NCBI GenBank assembly: GCA_963737155.1
Contig: CAVTRN010000002.1
Location: 2,720,001-2,784,000 of the forward strand
Length of the DNA: 64,000 nucleotides
Direction: 5' to 3'
Source: Nitrospirota bacterium
Lineage (GTDB): Bacteria; Nitrospirota; UBA9217
Of this stretch, positions 29,800 to 39,055 are shown piece by piece; positions within the stretch are counted from its first letter, which is position 1; each line of letters starts with the position of its first letter. The notes under the pieces are model-generated. The model searched no databases. It worked only from the letters and a program-made list of their open reading frames with translations, and was not told where the DNA came from. The translations under genes and the position numbers were made by a program.

Positions 29800-31491
29800 T
29801 TACCCTTCCATCACCAGCTTTTTCGCAATTTGTCGCACAGCTGCTTCAACGCTAACTTGTTCCACCTGTCCTGTCTTGCGTTCCTTGATCTCCACCAGAC
29901 CTTCTTTGAGATTTTTTTCTCCGATGATGATGCGCCACGGAATGCCAATGAGGTCCGCGTCCTTGAATTTCACGCCCGCCCGCTCGTCGCGGTCGTCCAT
30001 AAGAACCTCGAAACCCTTCTCCTCCAGGGCAGTATACATTTCCTCGGCAACATCCATGGACTTCACGTCTTTTACGTTTACCGGTACAATCAGGAGCTGA
30101 TAGGGTGCGATGGCAAGGGGCCAAATAATACCGTTTCCATCGTTTCCCTGCTCGATGGCCGCCGCTGCAATCCGCGCCGGTCCGATGCCGTAGCTGCCCA
30201 TGACGATCGGCTTTTCATTGCCCTGCTCATCGAGATAATTCGCATTAAGCGGTTCGGAATATTTCGTTCCGAGCTTGAAAATATTACCGATCTCGATGAC
30301 GCGGTCGATCCTGACCGGCTGACCGCACTGTACGCAAGCATCGCCCGCAGCAGCAACGTGGATGTCGCTGAACTCAGCATCAGGAAAGTGTTTGTCGGCG
30401 ATCACGCCCTTGATATGAAACCCTTCCTTGTTTGCGCCAGCAATATACAGCCCCTCCTTGAGCGCCGGATCTGCAATTTTCCTGATCCGATGACCCATGG
30501 GGCCGATGAATCCCGCTGGGACCTTAAGATGTTCCTTGACCTCTTCTTTCCGAGCGGGTCGATGTGGACCGATGAGTTTTGCAAGTTTTTTTTCATGGAG
30601 CGTCTGGTCACCGCGGATCAAGGCCAGCACCGGCCCGTTATCGTTCATGACCAGGATAGATTTTATCAGAAGATCCGGAGTTACCTTCAGAAACCGCGTC
30701 ACTTCTTCGATAGTCCGTTTCTCGGGAGTCGCGATCTCTTCACATTTCCCCTCAGAAACCACTGTCTGTTTCGGAATCGACAACGCCAGTTCCACGTTTG
30801 CCGCATACCCGCAGCCGTCACAAAGGGCTACCTCGTCCTCTCCGGCCGGCGATGGAGCCATATACTCGTGCGCCATGGAACCACCCATCATGCCGGTATC
30901 GCTCTGAACCACGTAGAATTTGATGCCGCAGCGCGTATAAATTTTCTTATAAGCATCAAGATGGAGTTGATAGGACTTGTCCAATCCTTCCTGATCCTTA
31001 TCGAAACTGTAGGAGTCTTTCATGGTGAACTCGCGGGTCCGGAGTACCCCGCTCTTGGGCCGCGCCTCATCGCGAAGCTTCGTCTGAAGTTGATACCATA
31101 TCTGAGGAAGCTCCCTGTAGGAACGGATGTCGTGAGAGGCCAGCCAAGTCATTGTTTCCTCGTGGGTCATGGCCAAGCACATATCTCGGCCTCCGCGGTC
31201 CTTGAGCCTGAACATTTCATCGCCGATGGCGTCCCACCGTCCTGTCTGCTGCCAGACCTCGGCAGGGTTCAACACCGGCATGGCAACTTCCTGTCCGCCG
31301 ATTGCATTCATCTCCTCGCGGATGATCCGGTTAATTTTTTCCATGACCCGGATGAAGAGCGGAAGATAAATGTACAACCCGGCGGCAAGCTGGCGCACAT
31401 AGCCTGCCCGCACCATGAGTTTATGAGATATCGCCTCTGCCTCGGACGGAGCTTCTTTCAGGGTCGGGATGAATAATCGAGAATAGCGCAT
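29800..31491 (-). CDS. proS: Proline--tRNA ligase
   Basis: MRYSRLFIPTLKE, THEE, RDEARPKSGVLRTREF, GNIFKLGTKYS, MGSYGIG. Confidence 0.98.
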   Translation of the reverse strand: MRYSRLFIPTLKEAPSEAEAISHKLMVRAGYVRQLAAGLYIYLPLFIRVMEKINRIIREEMNAIGGQEVAMPVLNPAEVWQQTGRWDAIGDEMFRLKDRGGRDMCLAMTHEETMTWLASHDIRSYRELPQIWYQLQTKLRDEARPKSGVLRTREFTMKDSYSFDKDQEGLDKSYQLHLDAYKKIYTRCGIKFYVVQSDTGMMGGSMAHEYMAPSPAGEDEVALCDGCGYAANVELALSIPKQTVVSEGKCEEIATPEKRTIEEVTRFLKVTPDLLIKSILVMNDNGPVLALIRGDQTLHEKKLAKLIGPHRPARKEEVKEHLKVPAGFIGPMGHRIRKIADPALKEGLYIAGANKEGFHIKGVIADKHFPDAEFSDIHVAAAGDACVQCGQPVRIDRVIEIGNIFKLGTKYSEPLNANYLDEQGNEKPIVMGSYGIGPARIAAAAIEQGNDGNGIIWPLAIAPYQLLIVPVNVKDVKSMDVAEEMYTALEEKGFEVLMDDRDERAGVKFKDADLIGIPWRIIIGEKNLKEGLVEIKERKTGQVEQVSVEAAVRQIAKKLVMEG

Positions 31492-31566
31492 GAAACCTCC
31501 GATGAGCCAGTAGACTGCAGAAGTAGGCAACAGAGGGGAAAATCCAGCCTAAAAAATTTTGCACGT

Positions 31567-32700
31567 CTACGGTTCACTACTTCTTGTCTGTTTGTTTCTA
31601 ACGATTTCCTCCACTTCCCGTACCAATACATCGGCCAGTTCCTTCTCGTCGAGCTTCTTGACGATGTCGCCGTGCCTGAACAGAAGCCCGATGCCTTTTC
31701 CGCCCGCGATGCCCACATCGGCTTCGCGTGCCTCTCCCGGGCCGTTCACCACGCACCCCATGACCGCAATGGTAAGCGGCTCCTTGACTGAGGCCAGACG
31801 CCTCTCGACTTCCTCGGCCAGGCCGATGATGTCAATCTCGGTTCTTCCGCAGGTTGGGCAGGAGATGATGTTCACGCCACGTTGACGGATTTTTAGCGCC
31901 TTAAGAATTTCATAGGCAACGCGCACTTCCTCGACAGGATCCGCAGTAAGGGAAACACGCATCGTGTCGCCGATGCCTTCGGCCAGCAGGATGCCGAGCC
32001 CCACGCTCGATTTGATCGTGCCTGAGAAGAGCGTTCCCGCCTCGGATATGCCGATATGAAGCGGGTAATCGGATTTCTCCGAGAACAGACGGTAAGCCGC
32101 AACGGTCGTCATCACATCCGAAGCTTTGAGTGAAACCTTGATATCAGAAAAGCGAAGATCCTCAAGAATGCGAAGATGTCCGAAGGCACTTTCGACGATG
32201 GCCGCAGGCGTGGGGTGCTGATATTTCTCAATGAGGTGTTTTTCGAGCGAGCCTGCATTTACACCGATGCGGATCGGAATACCGCGGTCCTTGCACGCCT
32301 GAACGATTTCACTGACCTTCTCTTTTGTTCCGATATTTCCCGGATTGATTCTGAGTCCATCTACGCCTTGTCTCACCGCCTCAAGCGCCAGGCGGTGATC
32401 AAAGTGGATGTCTGCAACGAGCGGCAGGGTAGTGCCTTTTCTGATTTTCCCGAGCGCAACAGCGGATTCTTCGTCGGGCACGGCAAGACGCACCAGTTCG
32501 CACCCGGCCTGCTCAAGTTGCTGTATTTGGGCAAGGGTCGCCTCAGCGTCTCGCGTGTCGGTATTGCACATGGACTGGACCGCGACAGGGGCGTAACCAC
32601 CGATTATTACTGACCCTACGTTGATTTTCCTAGTTTTTCTGCGCGTGATTGGGTTGGCCACATTCATCCTGACGGTCCCCGCAACCTTTCTCTCTTCCAT
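31567..32700 (-). CDS. ispG: HMBPP synthase
   Basis: VQSMCNTDT, ADIHFD, RINPGNIG, RIGVNAGSL, SCPTCGR, MGCVVNGPGEA. Confidence 0.97.
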   Translation of the reverse strand: MEERKVAGTVRMNVANPITRRKTRKINVGSVIIGGYAPVAVQSMCNTDTRDAEATLAQIQQLEQAGCELVRLAVPDEESAVALGKIRKGTTLPLVADIHFDHRLALEAVRQGVDGLRINPGNIGTKEKVSEIVQACKDRGIPIRIGVNAGSLEKHLIEKYQHPTPAAIVESAFGHLRILEDLRFSDIKVSLKASDVMTTVAAYRLFSEKSDYPLHIGISEAGTLFSGTIKSSVGLGILLAEGIGDTMRVSLTADPVEEVRVAYEILKALKIRQRGVNIISCPTCGRTEIDIIGLAEEVERRLASVKEPLTIAVMGCVVNGPGEAREADVGIAGGKGIGLLFRHGDIVKKLDEKELADVLVREVEEIVRNKQTRSSEP

Positions 32701-32729
32701 CCGGGAAGATAATCGGTGAGCGACAATAC

Positions 32730-34013
32730 CTATTTGGTGAAAAACATTCTCATGAAATCGTTATAGGATACAACCGCGATCAGTGTGATCAGAATGGCCG
32801 CGCCTATGCTCTGGGACACTTCCATGACCTTTCTGCTTACCGGTTTCCTGCGGATGGCCTCGATCAAGAGGAAAAGAATCAACCCGCCGTCGAGAATCGG
32901 AATCGGCAGCAGGTTCAGGATGCCCAGTGAAATACTGATCATGGCAAGGAGGGACAGGAACACCGACAGGCCCTCTGCCGCAGCCTGGCCCGACATCTGC
33001 GCAATCATCACAGGACCGCCGAGCGTCTTGATCGAAAGGCTCAAGGTCACTAACTTTTTAAGCGTGATGAGGGTGAGGTCGATGGACTCGATGGTTTTGC
33101 CAAATCCAAGGCGGAGGGACTTCATGAATCCGTACTTCTTGAAGACGAGGTGCATGACCGGTTCCACGCCGATCACATATCTCCCCCCGTCTTGTATGGC
33201 TGCAAGGGGTACCTCCAAACGCTTGCCGGAACGCTCGATGGAAAGATTGAGCCTCTTTCCGTTGCTCTCGCGTACAAGGCTGGAAAACTGATCCCAGTGA
33301 TAGACTGTTTTGCCATCCACGGCTAGGATCTTGTCGTTCTCCTTGAGACCGGCCTTCGCTGCCGGGAACCCTGGTTTCAGTTTGCCGATTTCCGCCGGGA
33401 TGTCGGGCATGAGACCGGATGTCCCGATCTTGAGTTCTGTTGCAGCAGCAGGCCTCAGCACCAAAGTTTCTTTCGCTCCCTGACGGTCCACAGTGACATT
33501 CAGATCTGTATCGGGGTTGACAGCTATAAGAGAAAGGGCTTTTGTCCAATCGCTGATATTTCTGCCGTTGATCTCCACGATTACATCGCCTGCTTTGAAG
33601 CCAGCACTCGCGGCCGGGGAACCGCTCTCCACATATCCCACCTTTGCCGGGCCATCGACATATGTTCCAACCATAAACACTATCGGCATGATGATAAAAG
33701 CGAGAACAATATTCGTGAGCGGTCCCGTCGCCGCGATGATAACGCGTTGCAATACGGACTTAGACTGAAACTCATCTGGTGCGCCGGTTGGCTCTTCGTC
33801 CGGGTTCTCACCCGCCATTTTCACATAACCGCCGAGCGGAAGCACCGATATAATGTATTCCGTTTCTCCCATTTTATATCCTACAACCTTCGGACCCATG
33901 CCGAGCGAAAATTTCTCGACCCGGACACCTGCTCGTTTTGCCATGAGAAAGTGACCGAGTTCGTGCACAAAAACAAGCACACCGATCACAATGAGAAAGT
34001 AGAAAAATGTCAT
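32730..34013 (-). CDS. rseP: RIP metalloprotease RseP
   Basis: HELGH, LGGYVKM, two PDZ domains, NLLPIPILDGG. Confidence 0.96.
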   Translation of the reverse strand: MTFFYFLIVIGVLVFVHELGHFLMAKRAGVRVEKFSLGMGPKVVGYKMGETEYIISVLPLGGYVKMAGENPDEEPTGAPDEFQSKSVLQRVIIAATGPLTNIVLAFIIMPIVFMVGTYVDGPAKVGYVESGSPAASAGFKAGDVIVEINGRNISDWTKALSLIAVNPDTDLNVTVDRQGAKETLVLRPAAATELKIGTSGLMPDIPAEIGKLKPGFPAAKAGLKENDKILAVDGKTVYHWDQFSSLVRESNGKRLNLSIERSGKRLEVPLAAIQDGGRYVIGVEPVMHLVFKKYGFMKSLRLGFGKTIESIDLTLITLKKLVTLSLSIKTLGGPVMIAQMSGQAAAEGLSVFLSLLAMISISLGILNLLPIPILDGGLILFLLIEAIRRKPVSRKVMEVSQSIGAAILITLIAVVSYNDFMRMFFTK

Positions 34014-34043
34014 CTGAACTCCTTAGTCAAAATAGGATCACGC

Positions 34044-34109
34044 AGCAAGGAGCAAGTAGCGTAGGGAAACAAAATCCGTAAGATACTATGCTAGTCCTTG
34101 CTACTTGCT
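34044..34109. repeat. Inverted arrays of heptamer repeats
   Basis: AGCAAGG AGCAAGT AGCGTAG ... CTATGCT agt CCTTGCT ACTTGCT between dxr and rseP. Confidence 0.55.
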
Positions 34110-35286
34110 AATTACTACTCGTCGCTTGCCACGTCCTTCTCTTGATGATCCTCTCCGCTTCCTGGCGCGCCCAGAGGTCTGCCGTGAGCGCATCTTCAAC
34201 TGTGTTTATGGGTGTCGGAGTATGTTCTGCCATCGTGTTCTTGATTACACCAGCGATATCGCCATAGCATATTTTCTCGTCGAGAAAATATTTAACAGCC
34301 ACTTCGTTGGCGGCCGAAAGCACTGCCGGCATGCTGCCTCCCACACGGAGTGCCTCAAAAGCGTGGGCAAGGCAGGGAAAACGTTCAGTATCGGGTTCCT
34401 CGAAGTTGAGAACGCCTATGCGCGCGAGATCAAGCCCGGGTGACACACCCTCAAGCCGTTCGGGATAGGAGAGCGCATAGGCGATCGGACCCCTCATGTC
34501 GGGCATACCAAGCTGAGCAATGACCGCGCCGTCCCGGTACTCCACCAGGGAATGCACAATGCTCTGGGGATGGACGAGCACCTTGATCCTTTCAGGCGAC
34601 ACTCCGAAGAGCCATCGTGCTTCAATCACCTCGAGCCCCTTGTTCATGAGCGTTGCCGAATCGACGGTGATCTTCCTGCCCATGCTCCAGTTAGGGTGTT
34701 TAAGAGTTTGGGCCAGGGTAACCGTGGCGAGATCCTGCTTTGAATGACGCCGGAAAGGACCGCCCGACGCGGTGAGAATCAGTTTTCCGACGTCGCGGTG
34801 TTCTCCTGCGAGCAGACATTGGAAAATGGCGCTGTGCTCGCTGTCTACAGGAAGCAGACTGACTTTCCGTGACCGGCATTCGGCCACGATGAGTTCGCCA
34901 GCCGTAACAAGAACTTCTTTGTTTGCGAGTGCGATGTTCTTTCCTGCACGGATCGCCGCCATAGTCGGTTCCAGCCCCGCCGAACCCACAATCGCCGAAA
35001 CCGTGATGTCAGCTTCATCTGCCGTCGCTACTTGGATCATTCCTTCGATGCCGGAGAAGACCCTGATCTTCATGCCCTGTAACCTTTTTTTTAAAATCTC
35101 AGCCGATGCCTCGCCGGACAGCGCAACAACTGCCGGTTTAAACTGGCGCACCTGCTGTTCAAGCAAATCAATGTTATTACCCGCTGCGAGCGCGACAACG
35201 GAGAATCGGTCTGAATATTTTTCCACCACCGAGAGCGTGGACTGACCGATTGAACCGGTGGAGCCCAGTATGGAGATTTTTTTCAT
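34108..35286 (-). CDS. dxr: 1-deoxy-D-xylulose-5-phosphate reductoisomerase
   Basis: LGSTGSIG, LANKE, PVDSEH, LTASGGPF, HPNWSMG. Confidence 0.98.
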   Translation of the reverse strand: MKKISILGSTGSIGQSTLSVVEKYSDRFSVVALAAGNNIDLLEQQVRQFKPAVVALSGEASAEILKKRLQGMKIRVFSGIEGMIQVATADEADITVSAIVGSAGLEPTMAAIRAGKNIALANKEVLVTAGELIVAECRSRKVSLLPVDSEHSAIFQCLLAGEHRDVGKLILTASGGPFRRHSKQDLATVTLAQTLKHPNWSMGRKITVDSATLMNKGLEVIEARWLFGVSPERIKVLVHPQSIVHSLVEYRDGAVIAQLGMPDMRGPIAYALSYPERLEGVSPGLDLARIGVLNFEEPDTERFPCLAHAFEALRVGGSMPAVLSAANEVAVKYFLDEKICYGDIAGVIKNTMAEHTPTPINTVEDALTADLWARQEAERIIKRRTWQATSSN

Positions 35287-35348
35287 ATCAGGATTCGGGA
35301 GCTATAAGAAAATCGGCAGCACAGCAATTTTTCGACTCCTTAAGACTT

Positions 35349-36149
35349 TCATCTCAATCTTAAATAATAATACAGTACCGGTGCGGCAAATAGCATGCTG
35401 TCCATTCTATCGAGAATGCCGCCATGACCCGGGATGATGCCTCCCGAATCCTTAACCCCCACCGCTCTCTTGAACAGGGACTCCGCCAAGTCGCCGATCG
35501 TGCCTACCGATGATAGGACCAGCGCAATCGCGATAGATTCTGTTGATCCTATGGCAGGCATGAACCATATCCTACACAGAAGAGCCATGGCTGCCGACGC
35601 AACCAAAGCGCCGGCCAGACCTTCGATGCTTTTCTTAGGGCTCACCTTCTCGTAGAGACGGTGTTTGCCGAAAGGGATCCCGATCGAATAGGCGCCGATA
35701 TCGGATGCCCAGATGATGAGATAGAGGAATACGAGCCACTGTTTGCCGTTTATACCAGTGCGGACCACAACCTGGAAAGCAAACAACACTGCAACATAGA
35801 ACACCCCAAAAAACGTGGTTGCCACATCCTCGAGTGCGCCGTCAACGGGACGGGTGGAGAATAGCCGTGCGGCCATGATTAGGAGCAACGAGATAGCCAG
35901 GACAAGAAAATGCTCCATTTCTGGGATCAAGGGATGATAAAACCAAATCACGATGACGGCGCCGAGTGCAGTCCCCAAGCCCCTCTGAGGGTGGAATCCG
36001 CGCACCTGCACCATGCGGTAAAATTCATACTGCCCTACCGCAGCAGCCACGAGCACGAGAGCCGTAAAATAAACCGGCGGCAGCTGCCAGGTCACCAGGT
36101 AAAAAATGGGGAGAAAAATCAGCCCTGATATTACTCTCTTATACAGCAT
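35349..36149 (-). CDS. cdsA: Phosphatidate cytidylyltransferase
   Basis: SPKKSIEG, GDLAESLFKR..GVKDSG..IPGHGGILDRMDS. Confidence 0.95.
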   Translation of the reverse strand: MLYKRVISGLIFLPIFYLVTWQLPPVYFTALVLVAAAVGQYEFYRMVQVRGFHPQRGLGTALGAVIVIWFYHPLIPEMEHFLVLAISLLLIMAARLFSTRPVDGALEDVATTFFGVFYVAVLFAFQVVVRTGINGKQWLVFLYLIIWASDIGAYSIGIPFGKHRLYEKVSPKKSIEGLAGALVASAAMALLCRIWFMPAIGSTESIAIALVLSSVGTIGDLAESLFKRAVGVKDSGGIIPGHGGILDRMDSMLFAAPVLYYYLRLR

Positions 36150-36303
36150 GTCGCGTCTCCATTGGTTCGGCGCGGTCCACACTCAAGCCCGAAGATTCAC
36201 CACCCATGGTGGCCAGCCCAGTTCCTGTTGCCAAGCTGAACTAAGGGAGGATATTCTGCAGTATTTTAAATATTTTTCGGTCCGGTCGTACTATGCAAGC
36301 CTG

Positions 36304-37062
36304 TCACTTCCGCATGCGCTGATCCTGCGTCAGACCAAATCTGCGATGCCGGCCCTGATAATCGATAATCGCGGCATGCAGTTCTTTCTCTGCAAAGTCC
36401 GGCCACAATGTATCAGTAAAATAGAGCTCGGCATACGCCGCCTGCCATAGAAGAAAGTTGCTGATTCGTTTTTCTCCACTCGTCCGAATGATCAGGTCTG
36501 GATCAGGAAGGCTGCCAGTATCCAGATAGGAGGAAAAGATCTCTTCGTTCAAGAGTTCCGCATTCACACCGGCATGGTTCATCCGCCTGACAGCTTCCAG
36601 TATCTCCCCGCGTCCACCGTAGGACAAGGCCACGTTCAGGATCATGCCGGCGTTTTCAGCGGTCTCGGCCGTCGCTTTTTCAACCCACCTTCGGACAGTT
36701 GCCGGAAGACGCTCGATTCTGCCGATCGTACGAAACCTAATGCCGTTAGATTTCATGGTTGCAATCTCGGCCCTGAGAAAGCTTCCAAGCATATTCATGA
36801 GAAAACCGACTTCTTCCTTGGGTCTGCCCCAGTTCTCGTCGGAAAAAGCATAGAGTGTCAGCACCTCGATTCCAAGCTGCCGACATTCCTCAGTTACCCG
36901 TCGTACCGTCGCTGTCCCTCGCTTGTGTCCGGCAACCCGGGGAAGCCCCCTGTTTAAGGCCCACCGACCGTTTCCGTCCATGATAATGGCGACATGGCGC
37001 GGAATGCCCGCTGCGCCCATTTTTGTGTGAGAATTCTCAGTTTCACCGCTTATCTTTGCCAT
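36304..37062 (-). CDS. uppS: Undecaprenyl diphosphate synthase
   Basis: HVAIIMDGNGRWA, YAFSDENW, IRTSGEKRISNFLLWQ. Confidence 0.97.
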   Translation of the reverse strand: MAKISGETENSHTKMGAAGIPRHVAIIMDGNGRWALNRGLPRVAGHKRGTATVRRVTEECRQLGIEVLTLYAFSDENWGRPKEEVGFLMNMLGSFLRAEIATMKSNGIRFRTIGRIERLPATVRRWVEKATAETAENAGMILNVALSYGGRGEILEAVRRMNHAGVNAELLNEEIFSSYLDTGSLPDPDLIIRTSGEKRISNFLLWQAAYAELYFTDTLWPDFAEKELHAAIIDYQGRHRRFGLTQDQRMRK

Positions 37063-37146
37063 AGTGCCGATTCATCCGTCCGCAGACACTGCTAACCGCG
37101 GGGAAACAGTCATGAACCTTTTCCTGCTCCACAGCCCCTTTGGAGC

Positions 37147-39012
37147 CTACTTTACAGCATAACTTATCACATTGATATGATCGCTATGCAGTAATCCGCC
37201 CGACGACACCACGAGCGCCATAATCTGCGCGTCCAACCCCACCTGCCGGCGGATCTGGAAGTCGCGTACGGCACCGCCGATATCCTTGATGCTCCACCGT
37301 TGCTCAAGCCGTGAGCCGGTCCAGCCCAATCCTACAAATTCGGCCTTTGTATAGCCGCTCAAAAATGTCCCGCTGTTCCTGGGTAAAATAATCTCGTCTT
37401 TACCGTCACCGTTCACATCAAATGCCTCGATTCGTCCTGTAATCCGGATTTTCTTGTTTCTTTCCAAATCAGCCACAGACTCCGATATGACCGCCGAGGA
37501 CGCTACCACATCTTTATTTACCATGATTCCGACGGACGGAAAGGTCTCTGCACTTTTCCAGACCACCATATCCTTAGAATAGACAAGAATGTGATCTTTA
37601 TCATCCAGCGCTATGATGAACGGGTTGGCTTCTCCCACTGCGGCGACGACGAACCCGTACAGTTTCACGCCTTCTGGCAACGGGAAAACTGGCCCGGCTG
37701 TGTATTTGCCGTTCACCCAGGAATACTGTCTAGGCTGCCCGGAAAAAAACGTATGGGGATCGTAGTCCTGCCCGAGAAGAAGAACGCCCTTCCCAGGATA
37801 GGTGATGACCCTGACAAAACCGGGGATTTCCGCGATGCGCTTATATGTGCCATCGCGAAATTCTACAACGTACGAGAAAACCTTGCTGTTCTGCACGGCC
37901 GTAACAAAGATATCGGGTCTGCCGTTTCCATTGATGTCTGCTACATCGAGGTTGATTTGCTGTACATCTCCAGCAAGGGGCGATAAGCCTTGCGGCCTAT
38001 AGTTTCCGTTGATGTCCACGACGTCGAAGTTGTTATGCTGTATATCTCCGCCAATGGGTGCTGCGGGTTCGGTCCACTCTTCACGCCACCCCGCCGGTCC
38101 CATTCCATAGACATGCAGTTTGGCTCCGTCGGAAAAGACATACTGCATAGTGCCGTTGCCTTCAAAATCCGCAGTAGCCATAAGTCGCGCGTCAAAGGGC
38201 AGTATGGGAAGGTTGGATTCCACTTCTGCCGGAAGGTTGGATTCTACCTTCTCCGGAACGAAAAACGGTTTTAAGTCGCCGTTGGTCTCATTCTGCGATT
38301 TCAGGTCGAGTACCGCTACAACAGTATCAAGCGGTCTCGCTTCGTCGGCATAAAAAAGCCTGGCTGTCACCAGAAGTTTCTTCCCCTCTGTTGGATAGAT
38401 CCCGATTGCCACGATTACATCGAGATTATAGGCTTTGCTCATTTCCTTGATAAGCGAACTGTCGCGTTGTTTCTTGTCCTTGAGGAATGCCTCTACCTTA
38501 TCATTCCCGAGAACCGAGAATCTGCCGAGGTCGCTGAGGCGATCCTGAATGCCCTGGAGAATCTCCGGATGATCAGTCCGAACTGGGAGGAGCGCAAGAT
38601 TGATTTTTTTCGGTGTGATCCGTGCTTTGTCGCCGACCTTGGGATCCATCAGCTTTTCTCTAAGCACGGCGGTGCATGTTGTATCGGCCACACTGTTAAC
38701 CTCCACACTCCCAACCTTGTCTTCAGCGTAGCCGAGCAGCTGACCGGTCACGGGATGACGAATCGACTTGCCGTCCCGCCAGAGCGTGAGCGTTACACCG
38801 GGAAGAAGCCCGTTTTTCTCCCCTAAGCTGATCGTTAGGCGGTCTTCCTGCACGGACTTGACTTCCCCCTGCACTTTAGGGAAGTACGATGTGATGTCAT
38901 AGGCGATTTCCTCGATGGAAGTAACGTTTTCGACTCCAAGAGGTTTCTCGGAAGCCACACCCGCAGAACCGAACGAGAGGACCAGTACCATCAGTATAGA
39001 TAATTTTTTCAT
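37147..39012 (-). CDS. Secreted FG-GAP/VCBS repeat protein
   Basis: Signal peptide MKKLSIL...; repeats ADFEGNG, DINGNGRPD, DVNGDGKDE. Confidence 0.8.
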   Translation of the reverse strand: MKKLSILMVLVLSFGSAGVASEKPLGVENVTSIEEIAYDITSYFPKVQGEVKSVQEDRLTISLGEKNGLLPGVTLTLWRDGKSIRHPVTGQLLGYAEDKVGSVEVNSVADTTCTAVLREKLMDPKVGDKARITPKKINLALLPVRTDHPEILQGIQDRLSDLGRFSVLGNDKVEAFLKDKKQRDSSLIKEMSKAYNLDVIVAIGIYPTEGKKLLVTARLFYADEARPLDTVVAVLDLKSQNETNGDLKPFFVPEKVESNLPAEVESNLPILPFDARLMATADFEGNGTMQYVFSDGAKLHVYGMGPAGWREEWTEPAAPIGGDIQHNNFDVVDINGNYRPQGLSPLAGDVQQINLDVADINGNGRPDIFVTAVQNSKVFSYVVEFRDGTYKRIAEIPGFVRVITYPGKGVLLLGQDYDPHTFFSGQPRQYSWVNGKYTAGPVFPLPEGVKLYGFVVAAVGEANPFIIALDDKDHILVYSKDMVVWKSAETFPSVGIMVNKDVVASSAVISESVADLERNKKIRITGRIEAFDVNGDGKDEIILPRNSGTFLSGYTKAEFVGLGWTGSRLEQRWSIKDIGGAVRDFQIRRQVGLDAQIMALVVSSGGLLHSDHINVISYAVK

Positions 39013-39055
39013 GTTTCTACTAACCTCACCTTCACTCTTTGCATTGGAGTTTGCT

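Noticed and set aside
29830-31476. 548-aa ORF on the plus strand
   Set aside because: Antisense shadow of proS; no recognisable motifs.
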